64,000 bases of DNA, from the IMG/VR virus record IMGVR_UViG_3300028384_000675, positions 1-64,000 of that record. One strand, 5' to 3'. Positions 18,253 to 27,825 of this stretch are shown piece by piece. The DNA comes from a virus. Numbering within the stretch: the first letter of the stretch is position 1; the number at the start of each line of letters is the position of its first letter. The position numbers and the translations under genes are program-made. The notes under the pieces were generated by a model. That model saw only the letters and a list, made by a program, of their open reading frames with translations, was not told the origin of the DNA and did not search any database.

Positions 18253-19305
18253 TTACTTAGAGGTTTTCTTAATTGCGTTGAGGTACTGTGACATTACAGC
18301 ATTAACTTCTACTGGTTGGTCATCAGTACTCCAGTCTTCTGTAATCTCTTCAGTCTCTTTTACATTCTTCTTGAAGTAAGACTCTTTTACAGTCCTAACT
18401 TTCTGAGCGAATGATTCTTCGTCTTCGAAGTCTAGAGATTCTACAAGAGATGCTAATTTTTCTACTTGAGTTTCCGCCAAATCACGTGACGCTTCACGGA
18501 TGATTGTGTGACGTTGGAAATCTTCAAGCGATTCGTTCATTTCGAGCATATTAGCAGTTTGGACGTTGAGTTTCTCTTCGAGATCTTCAACCTGCTCTGC
18601 CAACTCGTCAACTAGATCTACTTTGGATTCTGGAACATCGATGTAAGATTCAACGAACAACTCACGGAGATTGTTCATGAAACCTTCAGCGATTTCAGTA
18701 CGGAGACCATTCTCGACAGCGAGTTTGTTCTCCTCCATCCAATTTTCAACCACGTAGTTGAGGTACGAATCAATCTTCTCTACGAGGTCAGAACGAGTAG
18801 TGTTCAGTTCCTCTTCGAGACGTGATTGATATTCATCCTCCAAGCGTTCGACTTCTTCAGTCAACTTGGAACGAATAGCGGTTTCGAAAATAACAGCAGT
18901 TTTCGCTTTAAATTCATCGGACAAAGTTTGTTCTGATTCAACCAGTGCGTTTAGATCATCAGAGAAGTCGTATGAAGTTTCAGGCAGTTCAACTGCATCT
19001 GATTCTTCAAAATCTTCCATATCAAGATCTTCACGCATTTTCTTATATGCTGCAGTGAGTTGGTCTTTTTTCATACCAGACATTGTAGCATACATTGCGT
19101 TGATCATTCCTGCTTTTGTTTTCGGCATCGGATCCTGCTTAGTTTGATCACCTTTACGTGAAGGCGCTTTCTTCACAGCATCGTCAGTTTTATCTACAGA
19201 CGCGATAGAATCTGCCTCAGTACCAACTGGCATTTTCTGAGCACTTGCTTCCTCGATTTGATTGTTCTCCTCGGCAGGAAGCTCAACATTGTTTATTTCT
19301 GACAT
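18253..19305 (-). CDS. gp22: Prohead core scaffold (gp22)
   Basis: Acidic; LSDEFKAK...IFETA, DSYLNYVVENWMEEN..AVE.GLR.EIAE.F. Confidence 0.93.
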   Translation of the reverse strand: MSEINNVELPAEENNQIEEASAQKMPVGTEADSIASVDKTDDAVKKAPSRKGDQTKQDPMPKTKAGMINAMYATMSGMKKDQLTAAYKKMREDLDMEDFEESDAVELPETSYDFSDDLNALVESEQTLSDEFKAKTAVIFETAIRSKLTEEVERLEDEYQSRLEEELNTTRSDLVEKIDSYLNYVVENWMEENKLAVENGLRTEIAEGFMNNLRELFVESYIDVPESKVDLVDELAEQVEDLEEKLNVQTANMLEMNESLEDFQRHTIIREASRDLAETQVEKLASLVESLDFEDEESFAQKVRTVKESYFKKNVKETEEITEDWSTDDQPVEVNAVMSQYLNAIKKTSK

Positions 19306-19310
19306 ATGTT

Positions 19311-19976
19311 TTACTCCTTAAAATTAGATTTGAGCAACGAGAGGAAATTCTTGTACTCACGAACCTGCGTCTCATAGAGATGCTTTTTCGGAGCATTACT
19401 AATTTCTGTCTCCATTTGTTCAATGACTTGAGGTTCTATAACACCGTTGTTCCATACCCACTCAACACCTTCCATTATGCCGTTGACAAATGCAGCGGGT
19501 GCTGATGGATCCTGTACAATATCTACCGTGTTTAGAATAAAATCGTCGCGAACGTACATCACGCCGTTTTTCTGCTCAAGACTACCCATACCACGAGTTG
19601 ACACGCCTAGTTGAACGCCACCTTCTAGAAGACCTTTCACAATCTGACCCATTGGTGTATCCAATATTTGTGCCTTTCCCATAACATCATTTCCCTCAAA
19701 ACGGAGGTCGGTGATGAGATGCGAAACTTTATCGAGGTTCACAGTCGGTCCCTCAGGGTGATTTAACTCCCCGACGGCACGCTTCTTTTTAACTTGATCC
19801 TCGACGTATTTGTTGACCGCGTTCTCCATAATTGCTTTAGGATAAACACGACCATTTCTATTCTTTTGTTCTGCTTGCGCGAAGATGCCTTCGATGATGA
19901 AGTTCTTCTCGCCATTCTCTTTCTTCTCTACGATACATTGAATATCGTTTTCTTGGTATTCTGCAATTAGTTTCAT
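19311..19976 (-). CDS. gp21: Prohead protease (gp21)
   Basis: NRNGRVYP, GELNHP, LGVSTRGMGS, DIVQDPSAP.AFV.GI.E. Confidence 0.96.
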   Translation of the reverse strand: MKLIAEYQENDIQCIVEKKENGEKNFIIEGIFAQAEQKNRNGRVYPKAIMENAVNKYVEDQVKKKRAVGELNHPEGPTVNLDKVSHLITDLRFEGNDVMGKAQILDTPMGQIVKGLLEGGVQLGVSTRGMGSLEQKNGVMYVRDDFILNTVDIVQDPSAPAAFVNGIMEGVEWVWNNGVIEPQVIEQMETEISNAPKKHLYETQVREYKNFLSLLKSNFKE

Positions 19977-20188
19977 TTACTTAACTCTTTAGCAAACTCC
20001 ATACCTGCTTTCTGCGCTTCACGCTTCGAGCGAAACGTATCGAGTTTGTCACCGTCGATGTAAACAGTAAACCCCTTGGCGTCTTTGTGAATCATCACTT
20101 TCACGTTCTTGACGCGCTTGTCAAAAACATGTTCGCCAGGAGGCATACCCCTTAACTTTTTTTCTCTTAATTGCTTGAAATCAATCAT
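19973..20188 (-). CDS. Hypothetical protein at the gp68 position
   Basis: 71-aa basic ORF coupled to gp21, with a late promoter upstream. Confidence 0.75.
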   Translation of the reverse strand: MIDFKQLREKKLRGMPPGEHVFDKRVKNVKVMIHKDAKGFTVYIDGDKLDTFRSKREAQKAGMEFAKELSK

Positions 20189-20216
20189 TTTAGATCACTT
20201 TCACTTGTAACCAAAT

Positions 20217-20224
20217 TATTTATA
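20217..20224 (-). promoter_or_regulatory. Late promoter
   Basis: TATAAATA. Confidence 0.75.
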
Positions 20225-20243
20225 CGAAAAAGAATTTTAACTA

Positions 20244-20558
20244 TTACTCAGCGTTATCGAAGTCTTCTTCGTCAGTAAAATCGTAATCGACCTCTTCTTC
20301 ACCGACTTCTTCAGACTCTTCATCCGATTCTTCGCCGTTAAAAATACCTGAGGCGATACGAACTTTCGCCTGATCCAGTGTGTCTTGTAGGCGATCGCCG
20401 ATTAAGTCATTGAACTGACTCTCCGCTGAAGTATAATCTTGAGTTTCGATTGCGTTCAGAAGATCTTCGATGGGGTTGTTGTTTTCAATTGGATCTGCAC
20501 CAACCTCAGCAACAACAGGATCTTCGATGGGGTTTTGTACTGCTTGTTCGATATTCAT
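20244..20558 (-). CDS. Prohead core protein (gp67-like)
   Basis: IEDLL.AI...D...A...F..LI.DRL...LD...RIA..IF plus acidic tail. SD GGAG before ATG 20558. Confidence 0.7.
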   Translation of the reverse strand: MNIEQAVQNPIEDPVVAEVGADPIENNNPIEDLLNAIETQDYTSAESQFNDLIGDRLQDTLDQAKVRIASGIFNGEESDEESEEVGEEEVDYDFTDEEDFDNAE

Positions 20559-20606
20559 AATTTTCTCCAAATAGAAATAATAAAAACCACATAGTATATA
20601 TAGGCG

Positions 20607-20636
20607 AAAAAAAAGGCGGAGTCAACCTCCGCCTTT
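20607..20636 (-). terminator. Rho-independent terminator (second hairpin at 20649-20669)
   Basis: AAAGGCGGAG...CTCCGCCTTT followed by a T-run on the minus strand. Confidence 0.8.
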
Positions 20637-20685
20637 CTTCATATTATAAAGGGAGGATTGCCCCCCCTTAATCAGTGTAGGATAA

Positions 20686-22533
20686 TTACTTACCCATAAC
20701 TGTAACTTTGACGTTGGTAAGGTCGACCAATGAACGGATGTTCAAAGTGTCCTTATCAACTGCTTCGATGTCGACAGAGATCTGAGAGTTGTCAGAATCC
20801 ATAACGTTAACAACGAAGTTCGCTGAAGAAGCGAGGTCAAGGTTGTGAGCAACTGAACGTGGTACACCTGCAGTAACCGCAACTGTAGAGTTGTGGCACT
20901 TGATGTGGTCACGCGCTTCGAGGACTGCAGTACGACCTTGGAGATCAAGGATGTCTGAGTCGTTAGAAACGATTTCTGATTGCAACTCGTTAACTGCACC
21001 AGCAAGGTCAGCGGCGTCAGTTGTAAGAGCAGTGCCGAAACCAGCAAATGTCTGCATCGCAGCGATGTCAGAGTCATTTCCAGTGATGCGCGCATCGTTA
21101 GTATCAACTTCACCATGGATCTCGTTGATTGCAGCAGCAAGATCTTGTGCTACTGTATCAAGCGGAGTACCTTCGCCAGTGAATCCTTGCAGAGAAGTGA
21201 TCGAAGCAAGGTTAGCAGCGATGTCAGAATCGTTACCGAGGATTGCTGACTCAGCATCACCCATACGTCCTTGAAGAGAAAGGATATCTGAGTCGTTACC
21301 TTCGATAGCAGATTCTGCTGCGCCCATACGTCCTTCAAGAGAAAGGATGTCCGAGTCATTGCCCGCAATTTGCGTGAATGCAGACGCGATGTCTGAATCA
21401 TTTGCTGTAATTTGCGCTTGAAGGTGTGCGATGTCGGAATCGACGCCTGAGAGAATATCACCTTCTACCTCAGTGATGCGAGCGTCGAGAGCAGCGATAT
21501 CGGAATCGTTAGCGATGATTGCAGCAAGGTTGGCAGCAGCTTGAGCAGCGTTTGCAGCGATGTCTGAATCGTTACCTTCGATAGCAGCAAAGTTAGCATC
21601 TACTTCACCGTGCAATTCGTTGATTGCAGCAGCGAGATCAGTAGCAACTGTGTCGAGTACAGTGCCTTCGCCAGTAAATACCTGAAGGGAATCTACTTCA
21701 CCTTCAACAGCAGACATACGAGTGTCAGCAGAGTCTGAACGACCTACCAACTCATTTACAGCACCAGCAAGAGTAGTTGCTGTTGTAGTAAGTGTAGTGC
21801 CTTCGCCTACGAATGTTTCAAGAGCGTCGACTTCTGTGTCTGCGGAGTCCGCGCGGGATACCAACTCGTTGATTGCTGCAGCAAGATCAGTTGCTGTTGT
21901 ACTGAGGGCAGTACCTTCGCCGGTAAAGGTTTGCAGAGTTTCGATGTCGCTAGCATTGTCGCTGATGTCTTGCTGGTTTTGCGCGACGTCAGAAGCGAGT
22001 TGAGAACCCGCCAAAGTTGCTGGAGTGACAGCGAGTGAAGTGCTTACACCAGAATCAACTTCTGTTTGAGTAGCAATCTCGATGATACCTGCTTGATCAG
22101 TTGTAGCAGCATCGATGTTACGGTTGAAGACTGTTGCTTCAGTTGAAGATGTGAAGAGAACGATATCGCCTACTTCAACCTTCGCGCTTGGCGAGAACGT
22201 TACGCCAGTCTTAGCGAGATCGCCAGCAGCATCAACTACATACTGATAACCTTTGATCGCGTCAACTGATGCAGTGTCTGCGTTAGTTGGGTTGATAACG
22301 CCTTTAAATACTACGTCTCCGTCGATATCAGACGATACGCTTGAAAACTTTACGCCGTCCCAGATGCGAATTGCTTGGAGGGTAGTATCAAAGATGATTA
22401 AACCAGTGTTAGCTGCAGAAAGTTGTCCCGCGAGAACACTAGCTTCAGCAGATGTGACGTTTTGAATACGCGCATCTACTAATTGACCTACTTTTACAAG
22501 GTCAATGTCGTGGTAAAATTGTTTTGTTGCCAT
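20686..22533 (-). CDS. Fibrous coiled-coil virion protein with NDSDI and LAAAINEL repeats
   Basis: Repeated GEGT.L.T.A.DLAAAINEL and (G/A)NDSDI, with a small C-terminal HNL beta domain. Confidence 0.8.
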   Translation of the reverse strand: MATKQFYHDIDLVKVGQLVDARIQNVTSAEASVLAGQLSAANTGLIIFDTTLQAIRIWDGVKFSSVSSDIDGDVVFKGVINPTNADTASVDAIKGYQYVVDAAGDLAKTGVTFSPSAKVEVGDIVLFTSSTEATVFNRNIDAATTDQAGIIEIATQTEVDSGVSTSLAVTPATLAGSQLASDVAQNQQDISDNASDIETLQTFTGEGTALSTTATDLAAAINELVSRADSADTEVDALETFVGEGTTLTTTATTLAGAVNELVGRSDSADTRMSAVEGEVDSLQVFTGEGTVLDTVATDLAAAINELHGEVDANFAAIEGNDSDIAANAAQAAANLAAIIANDSDIAALDARITEVEGDILSGVDSDIAHLQAQITANDSDIASAFTQIAGNDSDILSLEGRMGAAESAIEGNDSDILSLQGRMGDAESAILGNDSDIAANLASITSLQGFTGEGTPLDTVAQDLAAAINEIHGEVDTNDARITGNDSDIAAMQTFAGFGTALTTDAADLAGAVNELQSEIVSNDSDILDLQGRTAVLEARDHIKCHNSTVAVTAGVPRSVAHNLDLASSANFVVNVMDSDNSQISVDIEAVDKDTLNIRSLVDLTNVKVTVMGK

Positions 22534-22578
22534 TAGAGTTTCCCCTTGTTATTATTCTAGAATAAAAGTTAAACTGTA

Positions 22579-23262
22579 TTAGTTTGAGATAACATAAAGG
22601 CTATGTCCATTAAGTGTGATGCTGGATTCAACTGTCAAGTCAGAATCACTAATGTTGACATCTACATCAACAACATTACCATGAGGATCCAACACATAAA
22701 AGTTAATCAAGTTATTAATACCATTATGCTCGAGCGAGTAGCTATTTCCGCTCAGGTTGTATTTATACGAATTCTGAATTGGAGATTCGCTGGCGCTAAT
22801 AACACGACCCTGCATGTCGATAATAAGCGATGGAATTTTGTTTCCGCCGCCGTATCGACCGAACTGAACTCCGGTGTCAGTAAGGGAGATAAGAGTTTTA
22901 TCTCCCGCAGGTTGCATATAAATACCATTACCGGCGACTAATCCTTCGCCGCCAAAGAAGAAAGGTTCCCAATAATCGCTATCGTTCGGAAGGTCTCCGG
23001 TCGAAGCGTCTCTTTCTTCGCCCTCCTTTAGAGTGTATTTATAATATTGATCACCGTCAAAAGAAGAATAACCATTTTTTAGGTAAACAAGCATGCCTTC
23101 CTGAAGTCTTTGTCCAGGAATGTCTTCCATACGATCGTCTGAATCGCCGGTAATAAATCGCAATCCACCACGAATTTCCGTGTCGAGCGCGATCGGGTGG
23201 TCACCGCTTGGCGACCAAGTACCCGTCCATGTATTACGTGTCAGACCATCATAATTTGCCAT
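22579..23262 (-). CDS. Putative virion structural protein
   Basis: IPGQRLQEGMLVY, G.YG....IP...ID.QGRV.SA fibre motif. C-terminal domain resembles that of 20686-22533. Confidence 0.7.
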   Translation of the reverse strand: MANYDGLTRNTWTGTWSPSGDHPIALDTEIRGGLRFITGDSDDRMEDIPGQRLQEGMLVYLKNGYSSFDGDQYYKYTLKEGEERDASTGDLPNDSDYWEPFFFGGEGLVAGNGIYMQPAGDKTLISLTDTGVQFGRYGGGNKIPSLIIDMQGRVISASESPIQNSYKYNLSGNSYSLEHNGINNLINFYVLDPHGNVVDVDVNISDSDLTVESSITLNGHSLYVISN

Positions 23263-25331
23263 TATGCAATCCTCACGTAAGTATCACCTGGCTGCAGCGT
23301 AATACCATAAAGTTTGTATGATTCTGGAATATAATCAGGAGCAGCAGAATCGGGGAACAACTCTACGGTATACCCTGATGTAATCGTTACATCCGATAAC
23401 AGCGAAGCACTTGGTCCGGTTTGGAATACGTTAGGTTGCGATGTGCTTCCTCTCACACCAAACCAAAAACACTGAGGCACGTCAGCAGGGTTTGTAATGA
23501 AACCAGATATATCTTTATCGTGGTTTGAATACTCGACGACATCAGAAGAGAAGTCGAATCCGGTTACGACATCTGACCTCGTGGGAACTGTCGCATTATC
23601 TATCGTAAACACAGAGAAACTAGGGTACGAGAATGACGCACTAATTGTTGTGTCATCATCATTATCGATTACAGTATACTCTACACCCGTCACTGATGCT
23701 GGTCGAGTAAACGTTGCTGTCAGATCAATTGTTCTGCCGCTATTGTTATTCTTGTGGAGATACTCGGCGAATGTCATCACACCGCTTCCTGATGCATTCG
23801 AAAGCGTACCTTGTTGCGGTTCAACTACGATCTGTGCATTATTATTATTTCTCAATCCTGTTATTGAAACAGTATAGTTTACCTTGTCATAATACTGAAG
23901 GAAGTTTTTGCCAGAGAGGTTTCGGAATCTGACAGTAGAGTTTGCGTTTGCCCAGTTAAAGTTGATCCGCTCTTCTACATCCGAGTAAACTGAACCATCG
24001 TCTTCAAGGAAACAAACTTCAAGGAACGCGCTGCCCCCAGATAATCCAGAACCGTTAGAATATATCACCGCTGAATCTGCGTGAGTAAATTCTTGCCTCC
24101 AGTCTACTCCACCGTTGGGGTCAAGGTTAGGTCCGTTCGTATTAAAGTTCGAGATTGCTTGTGTAACGCCAGCAGAAGCGTTAATAATATTTGCCGCTGC
24201 AATAAAACGAGAAGGAAAATCGTCAGGGTTCTCTACCGAAACACTAAACTTAGTTGCTGGTTCATCCCACTTTAATGATTGCCCTGTTACTGAGAAAGTA
24301 GGAGAGAAGTTTGCAAGTTCTACTTGAATCTGGTCGTCAACTAAATTGACTGCGCGGATAGAATATTCGTTATCGTTTTCGAAGAAAGAAGCAGTAGTAC
24401 GGAACTGATCTTGCTCGCCGCTAGTAGTCCACTCAAAATAAGAGTGCTTACTGCTAACCTCATTCACCAACTCAGGAAGGGAGCGGACCTTAAACTTACC
24501 AATTGATTCGTCAAAAATTAAGATGCCGTCATTAATGACTTCACCGTGTTTTATTGACTTATATTCTACATCTCGATTATCAAGAAGTTGATATGAACCG
24601 CCGCCAGAAGTAGCGCCGACAGTTCCGTCAGAAAGCATCTTGAGTCTTTGTTGTAGACGCTTGCTCGCATCATTCTCAAAGTCAGCGATCTTCTTAGTAA
24701 ACTTTCCGACCAGTTCTTCGAAGCGAGGTTCGTAATCTGGCACCTCTCCTGGGTCACCCTTCTCACCTTTCTCGCCCTTTGGTCCCATTGGACCAGTTGG
24801 ACCAAGTTCGCCGCGATCGCCCTTCGGACCGATTGGACCGATTGGACCAAGTAAACCTGTTTCGCCCCGATCGCCCTTTGGTCCCTGAACTCCAGGATAT
24901 CCGCGCTCACCCTGATCACCTATTGGACCAGGAATACCCTGCGGACCAATCTCGCCTTGGAGACCTTGGATACCCTGTATACCTTGGATGCCTCTCGGAC
25001 CGATCTGACCAACTTCGCCTTTAGGACCACGCGGACCAACGTCGCCTTGTAGACCCATTGGACCAACGTCACCGCGATTACCCTTTACACCCTTACTACC
25101 TTGGATGCCGCGTTCGCCACGATCCCCTTTAAGACCTCGGTCACCCTTGATGCCTTTATCACCGCGAAGACCCTTTTCTCCGCGTGCACCCTGTGGTCCA
25201 CGTGGACCAACCAGTCCTTTCGTGAATTTAGCATCAATCTCTTCTTGTAGTCGTTTTTCTTGCTTTTTTAATTCTTCAGTTGTATAAGCAATGTTAAAAG
25301 CATAAACGACCTCAGGGTCTAGCTTCTCCAT
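23262..25331 (-). CDS. Collagen-like fibre protein
   Basis: About 53 uninterrupted Gly-X-Y triplets followed by beta-rich domains. Confidence 0.88.
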   Translation of the reverse strand: MEKLDPEVVYAFNIAYTTEELKKQEKRLQEEIDAKFTKGLVGPRGPQGARGEKGLRGDKGIKGDRGLKGDRGERGIQGSKGVKGNRGDVGPMGLQGDVGPRGPKGEVGQIGPRGIQGIQGIQGLQGEIGPQGIPGPIGDQGERGYPGVQGPKGDRGETGLLGPIGPIGPKGDRGELGPTGPMGPKGEKGEKGDPGEVPDYEPRFEELVGKFTKKIADFENDASKRLQQRLKMLSDGTVGATSGGGSYQLLDNRDVEYKSIKHGEVINDGILIFDESIGKFKVRSLPELVNEVSSKHSYFEWTTSGEQDQFRTTASFFENDNEYSIRAVNLVDDQIQVELANFSPTFSVTGQSLKWDEPATKFSVSVENPDDFPSRFIAAANIINASAGVTQAISNFNTNGPNLDPNGGVDWRQEFTHADSAVIYSNGSGLSGGSAFLEVCFLEDDGSVYSDVEERINFNWANANSTVRFRNLSGKNFLQYYDKVNYTVSITGLRNNNNAQIVVEPQQGTLSNASGSGVMTFAEYLHKNNNSGRTIDLTATFTRPASVTGVEYTVIDNDDDTTISASFSYPSFSVFTIDNATVPTRSDVVTGFDFSSDVVEYSNHDKDISGFITNPADVPQCFWFGVRGSTSQPNVFQTGPSASLLSDVTITSGYTVELFPDSAAPDYIPESYKLYGITLQPGDTYVRIA
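24741..25217 (-). repeat. Collagen Gly-X-Y repeat tract
   Basis: GLVGPRGPQ...GDPGEV, counted by eye. Confidence 0.9.
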
Positions 25332-25337
25332 GAACTT

Positions 25338-27086
25338 TTATCGCTCTTCGTCGTCTACCAATTTATTCATATACCGATTCATCGTCTCCATCAATTCTTC
25401 TTGTTGAGTCGGTATGTAACGATTGTCCTCTAGGTCAATCTCTTCTTCATAACAGTCTTGAGCGGTGTCCGAGTTCCCATCTTTATATAAAAAATGCTCT
25501 TCTTGTTGTTTTGGTTGTTGAGGTTTTGGTTCCGGTTTTGGTTTTGGTTCTGGTTTCTCTTCCGGTTCCTCTTCGTCTCTAGGTTCTTCCCCAGCGATCT
25601 CCTTTTCCATATCCTTAATATCGTCATCAGAGAGTCGTAATACTGAACGCTGAACCCATTCTTTCGAGAAGTAATCACCAACATACTGCGAAACTTGATC
25701 AAGCAACGCCATACGCTCGCGAAGAACTTCTGATTCTTTCAATTCGGTAAAGTGATTATCTTTAACGTAGTTGATGTAGATGTCGTCTTTCCATCCATCC
25801 CAATCTTGCTCGGTGATAATGCCCTTGAGCAATAACTGTTTGCGGAGAATCCCTAGGAACATCCAAGAGAAACGACGACGGAGTCGGTCGATAAACTTCT
25901 GGAACTTAACCTCGTCCCTAGAAATTTCAGAAGACCGACCCAATGAAAACTGTGCCTCTTGTTCCAGACGGTTCACCGGAACATTGAGCGAACGATACAA
26001 TCTCTTTTGGAAGTAGACGATATCGTCAATCTGCCCGAGGTTCTCTCCCCCAGGAAGTGTGGTGATCTCAGTACCGCGACCGTTCTCTCGACGAGGTAAC
26101 CAGAAATCTTCAAGCATTGACATATGCTTTCGGTCATCCTTGATCTGACCTGTGTTGGCATCGTACACCAGTTTGTTACGGTACTTTGCCTGAATATCTT
26201 TCATGTACTGATCTGCCTTACCGCGTGGCAAGTTACCCACGTCGATATAGAAGATACGTCGCTCGGGCGCACGCGCGAGGCGGTAGATTACCAGCGAGTC
26301 TTCCATCATACGCAACTGGTTGATTGGTTTGAGTGCTTTATGAAGGTGGGAAAGAACCTTCTTTCTTGACTCATCCAATACGCCAGATGTCACATAACTG
26401 ATCGCGTCAGTCGAGATACGAACTGCTGATGAAGTTGCTGCTGACCCAGTCGCCCTTGACGTTCCTGGTTTTTCTTCGTACACATAGTATTCTTCGATCT
26501 TATCGATAATCTTGACGTTTGTCTTCGGATCTTTCTTATACTTGACTTCTTTTACTTTACGGATTTTTGCCGCATCAATATTACGAATCTCTTGAATACC
26601 TGCTTTCATATTGCTTTCGTTCACGAGCAGGTGATGAACCACGCGACCGTCGACATACCATCCACGGAATATATCGTGTGATAATTCGTTGAAGTCTAGC
26701 ATGCCAACAACGCCATCAAACTCTTCACGAATTTGATCTTTAATTTTGTCAGGTGCTTCTACATCATCGAGCGACAACTCTACTGAAGACTGCAACTCAG
26801 AAGCAGAGATTGCTTCGTTAACAACCTCTTCGATTGCCATGTCAACTTCAGGGTGTTGTGATACGCCGCGATAGCGCATAATCAACTGGTGATTATCTTT
26901 CGCCTGATCGCCTTCGATATTGATGTATTGACCATAGTAACCCGCGCCACTGGTTATGTATCCAGCGCCATCCGGATCGGTTGGGGGGACTGGAGAAGGT
27001 AGTTCTTTCTTCTCTCCGGTTTTACCTTGCGCTCTTCGGACTTCAAATCCAAATAGCTTGAATATATTGTTCTGCTCGTCTGCCAT
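25338..27086 (-). CDS. gp20: Portal vertex protein (gp20), with C-terminal extension
   Basis: WYVDGR, NQLRMMEDSLVIYRLARAPERRIFYIDVGNLP, MSMLEDFWLPRR, RDEVKF.KFI.RLR. Confidence 0.97.
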   Translation of the reverse strand: MADEQNNIFKLFGFEVRRAQGKTGEKKELPSPVPPTDPDGAGYITSGAGYYGQYINIEGDQAKDNHQLIMRYRGVSQHPEVDMAIEEVVNEAISASELQSSVELSLDDVEAPDKIKDQIREEFDGVVGMLDFNELSHDIFRGWYVDGRVVHHLLVNESNMKAGIQEIRNIDAAKIRKVKEVKYKKDPKTNVKIIDKIEEYYVYEEKPGTSRATGSAATSSAVRISTDAISYVTSGVLDESRKKVLSHLHKALKPINQLRMMEDSLVIYRLARAPERRIFYIDVGNLPRGKADQYMKDIQAKYRNKLVYDANTGQIKDDRKHMSMLEDFWLPRRENGRGTEITTLPGGENLGQIDDIVYFQKRLYRSLNVPVNRLEQEAQFSLGRSSEISRDEVKFQKFIDRLRRRFSWMFLGILRKQLLLKGIITEQDWDGWKDDIYINYVKDNHFTELKESEVLRERMALLDQVSQYVGDYFSKEWVQRSVLRLSDDDIKDMEKEIAGEEPRDEEEPEEKPEPKPKPEPKPQQPKQQEEHFLYKDGNSDTAQDCYEEEIDLEDNRYIPTQQEELMETMNRYMNKLVDDEER

Positions 27087-27244
27087 TATTCTTTCCCAAA
27101 AATATAGTTCCTAAACGAAAACGCTCTATGGACTACACCTCTGGTAGAATCTGAGCGTTCTAAAATAATTTTATAACACAATTACATAAATTTTTTTCAC
27201 GTTTCTCACTTGCCGCTCAGGCTTCCCATTCAATATATTCAGTA

Positions 27245-27271
27245 AAAATGGTGGGGGGTTTCGCCCCCACC
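27245..27271 (-). terminator. Rho-independent terminator after gp19
   Basis: GGTGGGGG-CGAAAC-CCCCCACC-ATTTTT. Confidence 0.85.
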
Positions 27272-27286
27272 TCATATAGTTTTAGT

Positions 27287-27814
27287 TTAACTTGTAGTAT
27301 TGCTTTCCCAATACTGGTATGAGAATGAAACAGTAAACTGCTCAATCTCACCACGCGTGTCATAACTTAACTCGATTGGACTGAGTACTGTCGGAAACGC
27401 TCCACGTATATTTATACGTTTAATAACCGACTCGTCACGATCTAATTGTTCAACGATCAAATCTGCCTGATAGTCAACAGGGTTGACCAGACCAGTATTT
27501 GCCGCATGACCGTTAATACCGTTCATCCAACGCTCCATCGGATCACGTACACCAAAGTCAGTATCGTTGATGATTGTTACTGTCCAATCTTCAAACGTTC
27601 GCTCCGAAGCAACTTTTAATTCGCGACCGCGAAAGTTTACTGGGAACGAACCAACACTTGACTGTGGTAACTGTGCCGCCTTACAAAGGAACGACGTAAG
27701 TTCTACATCACCGCCAGCATATGCAGGGTAGTTCAGTGTAACCTTGAATAGATTAGCACGAGCACCGCCGCCACGGAGTTTTGACTTAAAGTCATCTACA
27801 CCTAAAATTGCCAT
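27287..27814 (-). CDS. gp19: Tail tube protein (gp19)
   Basis: GGARANLF, FLCKAAQLP, FRGR, RTFEDWTVTIIND.DF. Confidence 0.96.
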   Translation of the reverse strand: MAILGVDDFKSKLRGGGARANLFKVTLNYPAYAGGDVELTSFLCKAAQLPQSSVGSFPVNFRGRELKVASERTFEDWTVTIINDTDFGVRDPMERWMNGINGHAANTGLVNPVDYQADLIVEQLDRDESVIKRINIRGAFPTVLSPIELSYDTRGEIEQFTVSFSYQYWESNTTS

Positions 27815-27825
27815 TTCTATTCTCC

